DNA of 64,000 nucleotides from a virus. The first letter of the stretch is position 1, and each line of letters starts with the position of its first letter. The stretch is taken from the IMG/VR virus record IMGVR_UViG_3300011115_000838, positions 4,725-68,724 of that record, one strand, 5' to 3'. Positions 1 through 9,510 of this stretch are shown here, one piece after another. The notes beneath the pieces are model-generated. The model saw nothing but the letters and a program-made list of their open reading frames with translations, was not told the origin of the DNA and did no database searches. A program made the position numbers and the translations under genes.

Positions 1-317
1 TGAATACCATCTTTGATTAAGTCTTGGTCTGTTGTTAGGATGACTTTTAAAACTTCTGCTTTTTTCTGACCACCTAAATCTTCCATTGCTTGTCTTTGCT
101 CTGAATCCATTTTAAAGACTACTTGATGTGATTCAAAACCTTCTCTAACTAAATTAAGACAAATACCATATTCTCCATCTTTAATTTCTTCTGAATTAGT
201 GATAAATATGTTTTGATTTCTAAAAGTTGATGTTTGGTTATTATTTAATATTAGCTTACCGCCAAATTCATATAACCTACTCCTTTTATGTGTTGATAAA
301 ATGTGTATGTTTTTCAT
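1..317 (-). CDS. Hypothetical phage protein, truncated by the window edge (MKNIHILSTHKRSRL...)
   Basis: ATG at 317, open to position 1; not in the ORF track, translated by eye. Confidence 0.7.
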   Translation of the reverse strand, partial: MKNIHILSTHKRSRLYEFGGKLILNNNQTSTFRNQNIFITNSEEIKDGEYGICLNLVREGFESHQVVFKMDSEQRQAMEDLGGQKKAEVLKVILTTDQDLIKDGI

Positions 318-378
318 ATTATTATTTATATTTTAAAACATCTTCCATACATTTTGAATATGATGGTTGATATTTTAA

Positions 379-702
379 TTACTTATTACGCCACATAAAT
401 GGCTTTTCAATTTTATAAAACCTATCATAATGCCCTTTTTGCTTTCTTTCAAAAGGACTACAGTTGCAAGGTTGACTAAATAAATGGTCTCCATGATATG
501 TATTATTTTTCTTACAATACATTAATGAATTATAATTATATACTCCACCTGTTTTACATTGAAAATCAGATAAATGAGCTGACATAAACCAATGTTCAAA
601 TTCTATTCCATTTTGTTCTTTGATTATAATCCAATCAGCGTGATTTGGTGGTGTATCAAAACTTTGATACTCTTTCGATATTTTTAATTCGCTAATATTC
701 AT
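379..702 (-). CDS. Hypothetical protein
   Basis: 107-aa ORF in a co-directional small-gene run. Confidence 0.65.
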   Translation of the reverse strand: MNISELKISKEYQSFDTPPNHADWIIIKEQNGIEFEHWFMSAHLSDFQCKTGGVYNYNSLMYCKKNNTYHGDHLFSQPCNCSPFERKQKGHYDRFYKIEKPFMWRNK

Positions 703-757
703 GTTTTTATTTACTTATTGGTTTTAAATTAAATATTTTGATATGATATAAATACAA

Positions 758-1012
758 TTAAGAAATAACCTTTAATACTAATTGGTCTTTTTCAAAATAG
801 TCAAATTCTAATTTTGGAACTTCACTAACAAATACTATATCAATTTCACCTTCTGTTGTATCAATAAATAAATGATTTTTGACTTGTTTAAATGATTTAT
901 ATGTATATCTGTTATTAAAATTAATAACTATAAAATTAGTTATATCATCCCATTTGTTTGAAAATTCATGTGTAAATAAAAATTCTCCACCATTTTTTAT
1001 CTTAGCTTTCAT
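758..1012 (-). CDS. Hypothetical protein
   Basis: 84-aa ORF with a TAAATTTG -7 promoter just upstream. Confidence 0.65.
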   Translation of the reverse strand: MKAKIKNGGEFLFTHEFSNKWDDITNFIVINFNNRYTYKSFKQVKNHLFIDTTEGEIDIVFVSEVPKLEFDYFEKDQLVLKVIS

Positions 1013-1401
1013 ACTTTATTTATTTATGATACAAATTTACAAAAGAAAAAGACAAATGTCAAGCTACAGCCTAAATTTTTCTTGATTTTTTTGTGTAAGT
1101 TATCTATAGTATTAGATAATATTGTAATATCACTATGCCATTCTTCAATAATCCTTTTTACTTCTATCTCTTCTAATAGATATTGATTGTCATTGCATAT
1201 TCTTGATGCTTTTTCTTTTATTTCTTGTAATTTAGTCATAGTATTGACATTAAGATAATCGTAAAGTATTGATTATCAGATAATTAACTTATTTTAACCT
1301 TTTGACCTATATAATCTACTTGATTATTGTTTTTATTTCCTAAACCTTAAACAATTAGATTATAATTTAACAATTAGACTATAAATTAGATTTTTCACAA
1401 T

Positions 1402-2139
1402 TTAGAACCTGCTTGTGTGCATTCTTAAATTAGAATTTCTTTCAGACACACAAGAAAAGAATAGTTTATCATTATGTTCGATGAACTTTCCTTTCTTTCT
1501 TTTGGAAAGGTATTTCATAAAGTCTAATTTCTTTTCATTACTTCCGTTGGCATTTATAAATATCTTTTCAGACTTATAAACTGATACTTTTTGTAATGAG
1601 CGATAACGCTGTTCTGTTCTAATAGAAATGTTTGAAAGGCTGGCTGATAAACTAAGTGCTGCAAGCTCTTTAAATTCAAGTAGTTTTAAGTCTTGTACTT
1701 TTGTTTTATAACCGTGTTTGTCTCTTACTTTAAATCCTCTTATAATAGAGTTCTTCATTGTCTCGTAATTTTCTTTTACGATTTCACTAAGCAATGCTCT
1801 AAATTCGGCAATGTTCTTCCAAGAAAAACCGTTGATAGTCTCAGAAGAAATTAGAATGTACTTTAAGGATTTTTTGTTTGAGAGATTCTTTGCTGATTTA
1901 ACTTCAATAGATAGTCCTTTTTCTAAGATATATCCATTTATAGATAAATATTTTATGTGCCTTTGAGCGGTAGAATTTGATACTCCTAATATTTTTGGGA
2001 TTTGGCTAACTTTGATTTGACCATAAGAGCCAAAAGTAGAAGTATATATTCTTAGCTTGAAGTAAGACAATATGTATGTAGAGAACTGCTGTGTTATAGC
2101 ATCCTTTGATAAATCTACATATAGTCTTGTATTTAACAT
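1402..2139 (-). CDS. Winged-HTH DNA-binding protein (possible replication or regulatory protein)
   Basis: HTH-like segment VSQIPKILGVSNSTAQRHIKYLSINGYI; ATG at 2139 follows a structured leader. Confidence 0.6.
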   Translation of the reverse strand: MLNTRLYVDLSKDAITQQFSTYILSYFKLRIYTSTFGSYGQIKVSQIPKILGVSNSTAQRHIKYLSINGYILEKGLSIEVKSAKNLSNKKSLKYILISSETINGFSWKNIAEFRALLSEIVKENYETMKNSIIRGFKVRDKHGYKTKVQDLKLLEFKELAALSLSASLSNISIRTEQRYRSLQKVSVYKSEKIFINANGSNEKKLDFMKYLSKRKKGKFIEHNDKLFFSCVSERNSNLRMHTSRF

Positions 2140-2310
2140 AAAAAAAAAATACAGCAACGTTCCCGAAAACACCTAAATTTTTGCGAAAACAAGGTGGGAA
2201 GATTGCTGTATTTCTTTTTAAGGCTTTAAACTTGTTTTCGCACATCTAAGATACGAAAAGACTTTTAATTATGCAAGCAAAAGTTGTAAAAATATTAAAA
2301 AAATATTTTG

Positions 2311-2381
2311 AGGTCTTAATCGGACTCGAACCGATGTAGGAGCTTTTGCAGAGCTATGCCTAACCACTTGGCTATAAGACC
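2311..2381 (-). tRNA. tRNA-Cys(GCA)
   Basis: GGTCTTA/TAAGACC acceptor stem, D-arm GCCAAGTGGTTAGGC, loop CT-GCA-AA, T-arm ATCGG-TTCGAGT-CCGAT, U discriminator typical of Cys. Confidence 0.93.
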
Positions 2382-2469
2382 TTTTAAAAAATACTCAGCA
2401 GAATCAAGATGTACTGCTGAGTATATAATAAATTTATCAACTTTAAACAAACAACTATGAAACTATTTG

Positions 2470-2534
2470 CGGAACATGATGAGACTCGAACTCATAACCT
2501 GCTAAAAACTGCTCTACCATTGAGCTACATTTCC
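2470..2534 (-). ncRNA. tRNA-like element with collapsed anticodon arm
   Basis: Intact D-arm GCTC-AATGGTA-GAGC and T-arm ATGAG-TTCGAGT-CTCAT; anticodon arm reduced to 9 nt (GTTTTTAGC). Confidence 0.75.
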
Positions 2535-2667
2535 ACCATCCACTTTTCTGCGAACACATTTAGGTATGGATGTTGAGGTTCACACTAATGATAAACCAAC
2601 CTGCGATTCGTGAGCAACAGAACTCCAATCACATTGCACCTGTTATCTGCTTATCGTGCAAATCTGC

Positions 2668-2733
2668 TGAGATTAAAGGACTCGAACCTATATATCCTCT
2701 CCATGAGGGATGCTTCCAATTGCATCAAATCTC
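2668..2733 (-). ncRNA. Degenerate tRNA-like element (possibly Pro-TGG derived)
   Basis: GAGATT/AATCTC acceptor, TGC-AATTGGAA-GCA D-arm, AGG-TTCGAGT-CCT T-arm, aberrant anticodon loop CCTC-ATGGA-GAGG. Confidence 0.6.
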
Positions 2734-2913
2734 TAGACTTATGTGTTTGCTCTTTAAAAAAGACAATATAATGGTTTTATTTCTGTTGAATCCTTTGCAA
2801 GCACAACCTCTAACGCAATTACTAATTGTATATTGCTTTAATCCACATTGCCGTTCAAGCTCAGAAAGATTAATTAAGTATCTGCTTTCCCGAAGGTATT
2901 CTATCAAATCCAT
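2725..2913 (-). CDS. Small HTH DNA-binding protein
   Basis: INLSELERQCGLKQYTISNCVRG is HTH-like; TATATTTG promoter at 2932-2939 favours the ATG at 2913. Confidence 0.6.
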   Translation of the reverse strand: MDLIEYLRESRYLINLSELERQCGLKQYTISNCVRGCACKGFNRNKTIILSFLKSKHISLEI

Positions 2914-3012
2914 TTGTAATCGTCTTCTATGCAAATATACAATATTTTGCACACACTTGTCAAGCAATAAGCCATTTATTTTAGCTATTTTTATAAAAAA
3001 ATGTCATTATAG

Positions 3013-4419
3013 ATGTCTGTACTAAGTTTTTCATTAAAAAATGCAATAGGTAGAACAAATCCTTCACCAGATGGTCTATTTTCTTATGGAAAATATACTG
3101 CATCTAACGCATTTACTTTATTTAATGCGTATAGGTACATAGAGGATGATGCTGTTTTGGTGTTGCCAACTTTTGATGATGAAAAGGTTCTTGCACATAA
3201 AACATTAACTGTAGCTTATCCACACTTAGGATTTGAAAATATTCAGGGTAACTTAAACATTACTCCACAACCATTCCCAGACTTTGGCATTTATCTTCAT
3301 CCATTTTATTCTTCTCAAAGAGATGATGTAGGTGTTAGATTTAATTGTCCAGTTACCGCTAATTTATCTATTGTAAGTAAAGTACAAAAAGCAGATGGTA
3401 ATTGCGGAGATGCTATTGGATATAGAATACTTAGAAATGGGATAGAAGTTCAAACAAGAACTTTAGTAGCTCAATCAAGTAATCCTTATCAAATAACTAC
3501 TAGTGTATCAGTAACTCAAGGAGATATTTTAGATTTTATAGTAGATGTAGGAGATAATGCTAATTCTTTTTGTGATGATGTTGCCTTAGAAGTAACTCTT
3601 GATGTAGTATATTCAAAACTACCTACTCCCACTATTGTTTCGACTGGATTAAATTGTGAAAGCACAACGATTGAAGGTAAAGGATTATTTGTTCCAAATG
3701 ATGTTACAGCAATTATTTGTAATGGGGATGAAGCAATAGCATATACTCCAGTATCAATAGTAGGAGGAACATATAACTCATCTTTTAAATTCACTAATTT
3801 AAACTTAACTAATTTTAGTGGAAAACAATTAAAGGTTAGATTACAAAGCCCATTAGATACCCCATCTGATTTTGTTTATATAAATGTTGGAACAGATGGC
3901 AATTGTGTAACTTTTTTAAAGCCTGTTATAACAAAGAAAGAAACTTGTTTAGTTACTTCTAAGAGTATAAATTATTTCACTTGTACTTCAAATAGAAGAT
4001 GTGCAATTGCAGTTATAGATACTAAAACAAAAGAAATCGTAGCAACATCTATTCCTGAGTTACAGGTTGGCTTACTTACATTTATTGCAAAGGTTTATGA
4101 CGCTAACTTAGATTTTAGTTCTAAGTTCAAGACCATATCAGTAGGATTAGGTGTAATTCTAGATGCACCTAAAGCTCAAAATCCTTTTCCAATTACTACA
4201 ACAAATTTTCAATGTGAAAAAATGCTTGAAACATTTGGATATATTGAAGGCTATGTTAGTTCAGTTGATAAAGGCATATTATTAATGTATAATTCAAATT
4301 TTATAGAAACAACTATGCCAACACTATCAGCACCGATAAATAATGGAAAATTTTCTATTAAAATTCCACAGTATATGAATGGAGATTATGTGTTTTACGC
4401 TTTAAAATTAGAATATTAA
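3013..4419 (+). CDS. Putative virion protein (beta-rich, Cys-rich)
   Basis: 468 aa, first gene of the + strand late block; beta-sandwich-like composition. Confidence 0.55.
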   Translation: MSVLSFSLKNAIGRTNPSPDGLFSYGKYTASNAFTLFNAYRYIEDDAVLVLPTFDDEKVLAHKTLTVAYPHLGFENIQGNLNITPQPFPDFGIYLHPFYSSQRDDVGVRFNCPVTANLSIVSKVQKADGNCGDAIGYRILRNGIEVQTRTLVAQSSNPYQITTSVSVTQGDILDFIVDVGDNANSFCDDVALEVTLDVVYSKLPTPTIVSTGLNCESTTIEGKGLFVPNDVTAIICNGDEAIAYTPVSIVGGTYNSSFKFTNLNLTNFSGKQLKVRLQSPLDTPSDFVYINVGTDGNCVTFLKPVITKKETCLVTSKSINYFTCTSNRRCAIAVIDTKTKEIVATSIPELQVGLLTFIAKVYDANLDFSSKFKTISVGLGVILDAPKAQNPFPITTTNFQCEKMLETFGYIEGYVSSVDKGILLMYNSNFIETTMPTLSAPINNGKFSIKIPQYMNGDYVFYALKLEY

Positions 4420-5294
4420 TGGCATTAGTAAATAAACTCGTTATACTGTGTGGGTCAAACCCAGCAGTTACTTACAATATAAATTTAGAAAATACAAATA
4501 ATGTTGGTATACAAGCAATACTTAATACTATACCAATTGAATTAGGAGATTATAATTATACCATAGAGTTAGCCTCTAGTGGTCTTTTTACATCTAAACT
4601 TCAAATTATTGATGCAGGTGCAACTTGTATTCCTTATTTCTATGTTGATGGTGTTCCTTATACTGCTTCACTTTATAATGGAGATGTCACTCTTACAATT
4701 GGAGAGGGAACAGTTCCTTTTTTTAACGTAGATAAAAGTTTAGAAAGTGAAGAATTTTCTATTGAAGTTTGCTGTCAAGATTGTAACAAGCCAACGTTTG
4801 TAACAGAACTTTATGAAGCGGATACATATATACCTTATTATCTTGATATGGTAGATGGTGTTGTTGTTATATTAGACGGAACAATAAATCAATCATTCAC
4901 TTATCAACAAAAAGGTTTAATTGAATTATCAACGCCTTTAGTAAAGGGCCAAGTTGTTAGATTATTTGTAAACGGTTGTGATACATATTCTGAAACTTTA
5001 ATAGTTAAATCAAGACCAGAAGATTGTGATTTTATTCAACAGATACCATGTTACATTAAAGTTCTTGACATTAAAGTAGAAACTGTTGATTTATTGTTTG
5101 CAAAAATAAAATCATTAAATGTTTCTTCTTATGGAGACTTAAAATACAGAATAAATAATGGGGATTGGTACGACTCTTGGACTCAACTCGATAAATTCCC
5201 TTTAAGTACTGGAGTTAATCTTCAAATAAAGAGCAAAGCAAATCCAAGTTGCAAGATAGAGTTCCCAATGCTTGTAATTCAAAAACTATCATAA
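4419..5294 (+). CDS. Putative virion protein
   Basis: 291 aa, translationally coupled to the previous gene (TAATG). Confidence 0.55.
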   Translation: MALVNKLVILCGSNPAVTYNINLENTNNVGIQAILNTIPIELGDYNYTIELASSGLFTSKLQIIDAGATCIPYFYVDGVPYTASLYNGDVTLTIGEGTVPFFNVDKSLESEEFSIEVCCQDCNKPTFVTELYEADTYIPYYLDMVDGVVVILDGTINQSFTYQQKGLIELSTPLVKGQVVRLFVNGCDTYSETLIVKSRPEDCDFIQQIPCYIKVLDIKVETVDLLFAKIKSLNVSSYGDLKYRINNGDWYDSWTQLDKFPLSTGVNLQIKSKANPSCKIEFPMLVIQKLS

Positions 5295-5304
5295 CATTAT
5301 AATT

Positions 5305-5334
5305 CCATAAACTACAATCTTTTGTAGTTTATGG
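5305..5334. terminator. Perfect hairpin CCATAAACTACAA/TTGTAGTTTATGG
   Basis: 13-bp inverted repeat right after the stop codon at 5294. Confidence 0.55.
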
Positions 5335-5400
5335 TTATTAGTTTAAAATGAAGTATATTAGTATAAAATTGTAACATCCATATAACTTATATATAAAAAA

Positions 5401-6405
5401 ATGGCATTAGACAACTTAGCAACAGTTTGCTGTGGAGAAGAAGGCTCAAAGTATTTCAAGCAGTTTTGCGGTGAAAACCTACAAGTCGACGACCAAATCG
5501 CAGCAGTAGCTATCATTGAGAACGCATCACTTCCAAAAGTTGGTGATTCAATACTTCTTTGTGGAGGTGGAAGTCCTACGTTATTGACACGAGGAAATTA
5601 CGCTGTAACTATCTTACACTACATCCGTGATAAGCAATTTGAATGTGAAGGTGGTGGGGAATATTTTCACTTTTTGCATACTGGCTTATTAAAGGCAAGT
5701 AAAAGAGCTAAACCAAGTACAACTAATTCAGATGTAATGTCTCGTTACATTGCCCCTGTAAAGTTGGGTCAATCAACTACTGCTGAATTAATGTTAGCAG
5801 AGCATTATTTGCCAAATATTGACGTAATTCAAGGTATTCAAAAACGTGCTTCAAGCATTTCGGTAATCTATTTCTTCAAACAAGGTTGTTTGGTAAAAGA
5901 TGCTGATGGAGACTCAACAGTTTATATCTCTGATGCAGGTTTTGAAGTAACTGGTGGAGAGTCTGGTTATATCAAAGGAACTATCACATTGAGCGAGCAA
6001 TCAGAATATGATGATTTTTACTTTGTTGCTAACCCAAGCGATTTCATTAAAGAATTGAAGAGAAAAACACAATTTACTTTTGGAACACCAACGGTAACTG
6101 GTGCAACTCCAAAGGCTTGTGGAAGCAAAGGTGGTTGTTTAGCTTATACTGGAACAGAAGGCACTCTATTCACAATTGCACCTGATGTTAATGAATTAAC
6201 TTCTTGTCCAACTTGGAATGTTTATTTGAATTGTTCTGATGAATTAGGAATGTTGAGTGGTTCTATTTCAATCAATTCAGAGACTGGAGTAATTACTGGA
6301 GCATCAACTTTAGCTGATGGAACATATAAATTGACAGTTGAAGTTACAAACGATTGTGGAATCACAGGTACACAGTGTTATTTGATTGAAGTACAACCAG
6401 ATTAA
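5401..6405 (+). CDS. Probable major tail (tube) protein with C-terminal Ig-like domain
   Basis: C-terminal ISINSETGVITG...GTYKLTVEVTN Ig/cadherin-like motif; high-expression codon usage; function inferred. Confidence 0.55.
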   Translation: MALDNLATVCCGEEGSKYFKQFCGENLQVDDQIAAVAIIENASLPKVGDSILLCGGGSPTLLTRGNYAVTILHYIRDKQFECEGGGEYFHFLHTGLLKASKRAKPSTTNSDVMSRYIAPVKLGQSTTAELMLAEHYLPNIDVIQGIQKRASSISVIYFFKQGCLVKDADGDSTVYISDAGFEVTGGESGYIKGTITLSEQSEYDDFYFVANPSDFIKELKRKTQFTFGTPTVTGATPKACGSKGGCLAYTGTEGTLFTIAPDVNELTSCPTWNVYLNCSDELGMLSGSISINSETGVITGASTLADGTYKLTVEVTNDCGITGTQCYLIEVQPD

Positions 6406-6406
6406 T

Positions 6407-8221
6407 ATGAAGATTACAGACGATTTAGTTAGAAAGTTCTTATATGATGAAATAAAACTCGAAGACCCATACCAAGAAGAATCGGAAGAAATAGACGAGC
6501 AATTTCTTGAGGTATTTGGTTCTGAGTATCCAGAATATATGGATTTTCAAAGACCTAATGAGTCTGAAAGTCAAAAAGCATATAGAAAAGCGTATTTTGA
6601 GAGTATCGGAAATCCAGTATCAGGCTTTCTAGGACTAATAGAAAAGCAGATAGATAAAGTTTTTACATCTGATGATTTCAAAATACGCTTTAATCACAAA
6701 TCGAAATTACCTCGTGAGCAAGATACTGCTCAGTGGTATTTCACAAAGGGATACTATAATGGAGCAGACTTATTAAAGGCTTTTTCTGAATCAATCAAGA
6801 AAGATACTTTATTAAAGCCTAACAGCTTAATGGTCTTAGTGCCGAATGAAGATGGAAATGGTTATCCTAAACCATACTATCTTATTGTAGATTCCGAGAA
6901 CGTTCTTTATTTTAAAGCGAATGAGTTTGCTCTTGTAAAATCTGAGATGAAATCTGATGTAAAAAATTACGATGGAAGAATCTTAGAAGGTTATGGAGAC
7001 ATTTTTTACTTTTTTGACTCAGAAAAATATTGTATTGCTACCCACGTTGCATTCAACGACTCTGGTCAGAAAGTGTTTGAAACAAATCAAGCATCCAACG
7101 GTGAATTTTTAAGTCATGGTTGCGATTTCTTGCCAGCAAAAAAGATTGGTAGAAGAGTTGTAAAGCAAACACAAGATGGTCACGAACTAAGAACCTCAGA
7201 CCTAACTGATTCTTTAGTATTCCTTAGAGAAGCACAAATGAATCACGGAGACTTAACCGTTGAGCATAATTTCCATGTTGCATCGCAAGAATGGGTATTA
7301 GGCACAGTAGAATGCTCAACTTGTAAAGGTATGGGTAAAGTAAGAGGAAAGGGTGTTTCAGAACCATGTCCTACTTGTAGTGGCTCTAAAACTACTCCTG
7401 TATATACTGGAAGTGGATTGAACAAGATGGTAATCCCAATGGATTTAAACTCTTTAGGTCGTTCTGAAAAAATGCCAACCGAGTTTGGAGGATTCATTAC
7501 AAGACCCGAAACAGGTGTAAGAGTTTTTTCTGAGGCTTATGAGAAAAATATAAAATTAGCCTTGAGACCATTTGGACTTGAAAATGCTATCTTAACTCCA
7601 TATAATCAAAGTGGAGATGCAAAATCTTATGATATGCAAGAGGGATATGCGTTTATCACATCAATGGCAAGTCATGTAGAAGACTTAATTAATTTCTTGA
7701 TAAATGGAATCGTATCTATAAGATATAAATCATTACCAAGTGAGAAAAGAGCGTTAGAATACCCTAGTATAACAGTCCCTAAGCGTTTTAATTTAAGTTC
7801 AGCTGAATCACTATACAACAAGCTAAAGGACGCTTCAAATCAAGGTTTACCTGATTTTATGAAGCTAAAGTACATGAAGCAACTTGTAGAAAAGGAGAAT
7901 GGATTAAACTCGGAAGAATACCTTTTTGTAAAAGCAAAAGAAGACTTTGACCCATTTCCAACATATACATTACAACAAAAGATTTCAGTTCGTGATGCCG
8001 TAAGTGATTTGAAGTATATTCTTGCAATAAACATCGACTCAATATTAAAAGAATTGATTCAAGAAGATAAAGAATTTTTAATAAGAGAATATAAAGTTCA
8101 AAAAGAATTAGTTTACAAGAAGGCTGAGGAATATTTAATGGAAGCCGAATCAAATTTGAACCAAAAAGATTTGTCACAAAAATATCCTAATATTGTGACA
8201 GATAATCAAAATAATTTATAA
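6407..8221 (+). CDS. Portal protein with inserted DnaJ-type Zn finger
   Basis: About 600 aa, upstream of scaffold and capsid genes; NQSGDAKSYD portal-like motif; CSTCKGMG and CPTCSGSK. Confidence 0.7.
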   Translation: MKITDDLVRKFLYDEIKLEDPYQEESEEIDEQFLEVFGSEYPEYMDFQRPNESESQKAYRKAYFESIGNPVSGFLGLIEKQIDKVFTSDDFKIRFNHKSKLPREQDTAQWYFTKGYYNGADLLKAFSESIKKDTLLKPNSLMVLVPNEDGNGYPKPYYLIVDSENVLYFKANEFALVKSEMKSDVKNYDGRILEGYGDIFYFFDSEKYCIATHVAFNDSGQKVFETNQASNGEFLSHGCDFLPAKKIGRRVVKQTQDGHELRTSDLTDSLVFLREAQMNHGDLTVEHNFHVASQEWVLGTVECSTCKGMGKVRGKGVSEPCPTCSGSKTTPVYTGSGLNKMVIPMDLNSLGRSEKMPTEFGGFITRPETGVRVFSEAYEKNIKLALRPFGLENAILTPYNQSGDAKSYDMQEGYAFITSMASHVEDLINFLINGIVSIRYKSLPSEKRALEYPSITVPKRFNLSSAESLYNKLKDASNQGLPDFMKLKYMKQLVEKENGLNSEEYLFVKAKEDFDPFPTYTLQQKISVRDAVSDLKYILAINIDSILKELIQEDKEFLIREYKVQKELVYKKAEEYLMEAESNLNQKDLSQKYPNIVTDNQNNL

Positions 8222-8222
8222 A

Positions 8223-8576
8223 ATGGCAAAGAAAAAAGAAGTAAAAGATATTGAAGTATTGGCAGATATTCACGTACTTAATGAAATTAAAGAAGCAATT
8301 GAAGAGGCATCAGTAGAATCTCAAGTAGCAGAAGCTAAAGAAGAAACAGAAGCATCAGTAGAATCTCAAGTAGCAGAAGCTAAAGAAGAAACAGAAGCAT
8401 CAGTAGAAACTTTAGAAGTTGTAGAAGATGTTGTAGAGCAATCAGTTGAAGAAGTATTCGGAGACAAAGATTTGGTTACTTTCATTAACAACAACGGTCA
8501 ATTAAGAACAGGTCAATATGGATATATTTCTAAGAGAGGCTATAAGGCAATCGAAAAATATAAATCCAAAAAATGA
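8223..8576 (+). CDS. Acidic hypothetical protein with internal 15-aa duplication
   Basis: ASVESQVAEAKEETE twice (45-nt repeat at 8307-8396). Confidence 0.7.
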   Translation: MAKKKEVKDIEVLADIHVLNEIKEAIEEASVESQVAEAKEETEASVESQVAEAKEETEASVETLEVVEDVVEQSVEEVFGDKDLVTFINNNGQLRTGQYGYISKRGYKAIEKYKSKK

Positions 8577-9481
8577 GTAATTTCAAAACAATCTTGGAGT
8601 CTAAAATAGGCTCAGACATCACAAAACTTGGTGAGGACACACTCACAAAACTTTCAGAACTGGCACTAAGTGACGAGCAATTTACAGAGATTTCTTCAAA
8701 ACTACTCGGAATCACGGAAGCAGAAAACAATCCAACTATTATAGGCAAAAACAAGGATGCTTGGCACAAAGCAGAATTTAAAAGCGTTTTAGACTCTTTT
8801 GATTCAAGTCTGCAAGGTCACGAAGGTATCATAGAAGTAATGCCAACAAATACAAAGGATAAGGTAAAAGAAGTATTGAAGTCGTATAAAACAAAATACG
8901 AATCATTACAGCGAGAAAATGCTGATTTAACGCAAAAAGCAAAAGATGGAATATCTGATGCAGAATTAAAAGCTCTTTTAAAATCTAAAGAAGATGAAGT
9001 TAGCACATTAAAGACTACACACATCCCTAAAGAATCTGTAAAAGAGTATGAAAATCAAGTTGCAGATTACAAGAGAGAGATTGAAGCGTTTAAAAAAGCA
9101 AAAGTAAAAGATACAATTATTTTAGCTGCAAAGAATACAGGCATTTTAACTGATATTCCAGCAGAGTTTGCTGACGACATAGTATATGCAGCAACCAAAA
9201 AGTATCTTGAGAATGAAGAATTTAACGTTGGAGGACAGGCAGTAAAGGCTAAGATTATTATAGACAGTAAGACGAAGCAAGTAGTAATTAGAAATGCTTC
9301 TGATGAAAGTTTAGCAGTAACATCAAATGGTCAAATTTTGACAATTGATAAGTTAGTTGAAGATGTAATTGTTAAGTCAAATCTTAATAAGAAATCACAA
9401 CAACAACAGCCAACAATCGTTACACCACCACCACCAACACAAAATAATAAAGTACACACTTTTGATTCTAAGTATTTTTAA
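8573..9481 (+). CDS. Capsid scaffolding protein
   Basis: Charged coiled-coil with Pro/Gln-rich tail, immediately before the capsid gene. Confidence 0.65.
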   Translation: MSNFKTILESKIGSDITKLGEDTLTKLSELALSDEQFTEISSKLLGITEAENNPTIIGKNKDAWHKAEFKSVLDSFDSSLQGHEGIIEVMPTNTKDKVKEVLKSYKTKYESLQRENADLTQKAKDGISDAELKALLKSKEDEVSTLKTTHIPKESVKEYENQVADYKREIEAFKKAKVKDTIILAAKNTGILTDIPAEFADDIVYAATKKYLENEEFNVGGQAVKAKIIIDSKTKQVVIRNASDESLAVTSNGQILTIDKLVEDVIVKSNLNKKSQQQQPTIVTPPPPTQNNKVHTFDSKYF

Positions 9482-9510
9482 AACTAACATAACTTAATAA
9501 AAAATTCCAC

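Noticed and set aside
2570-3025. 151-aa + strand ORF
   Set aside because: Overlaps - strand tRNA-like elements and the HTH gene; likely spurious
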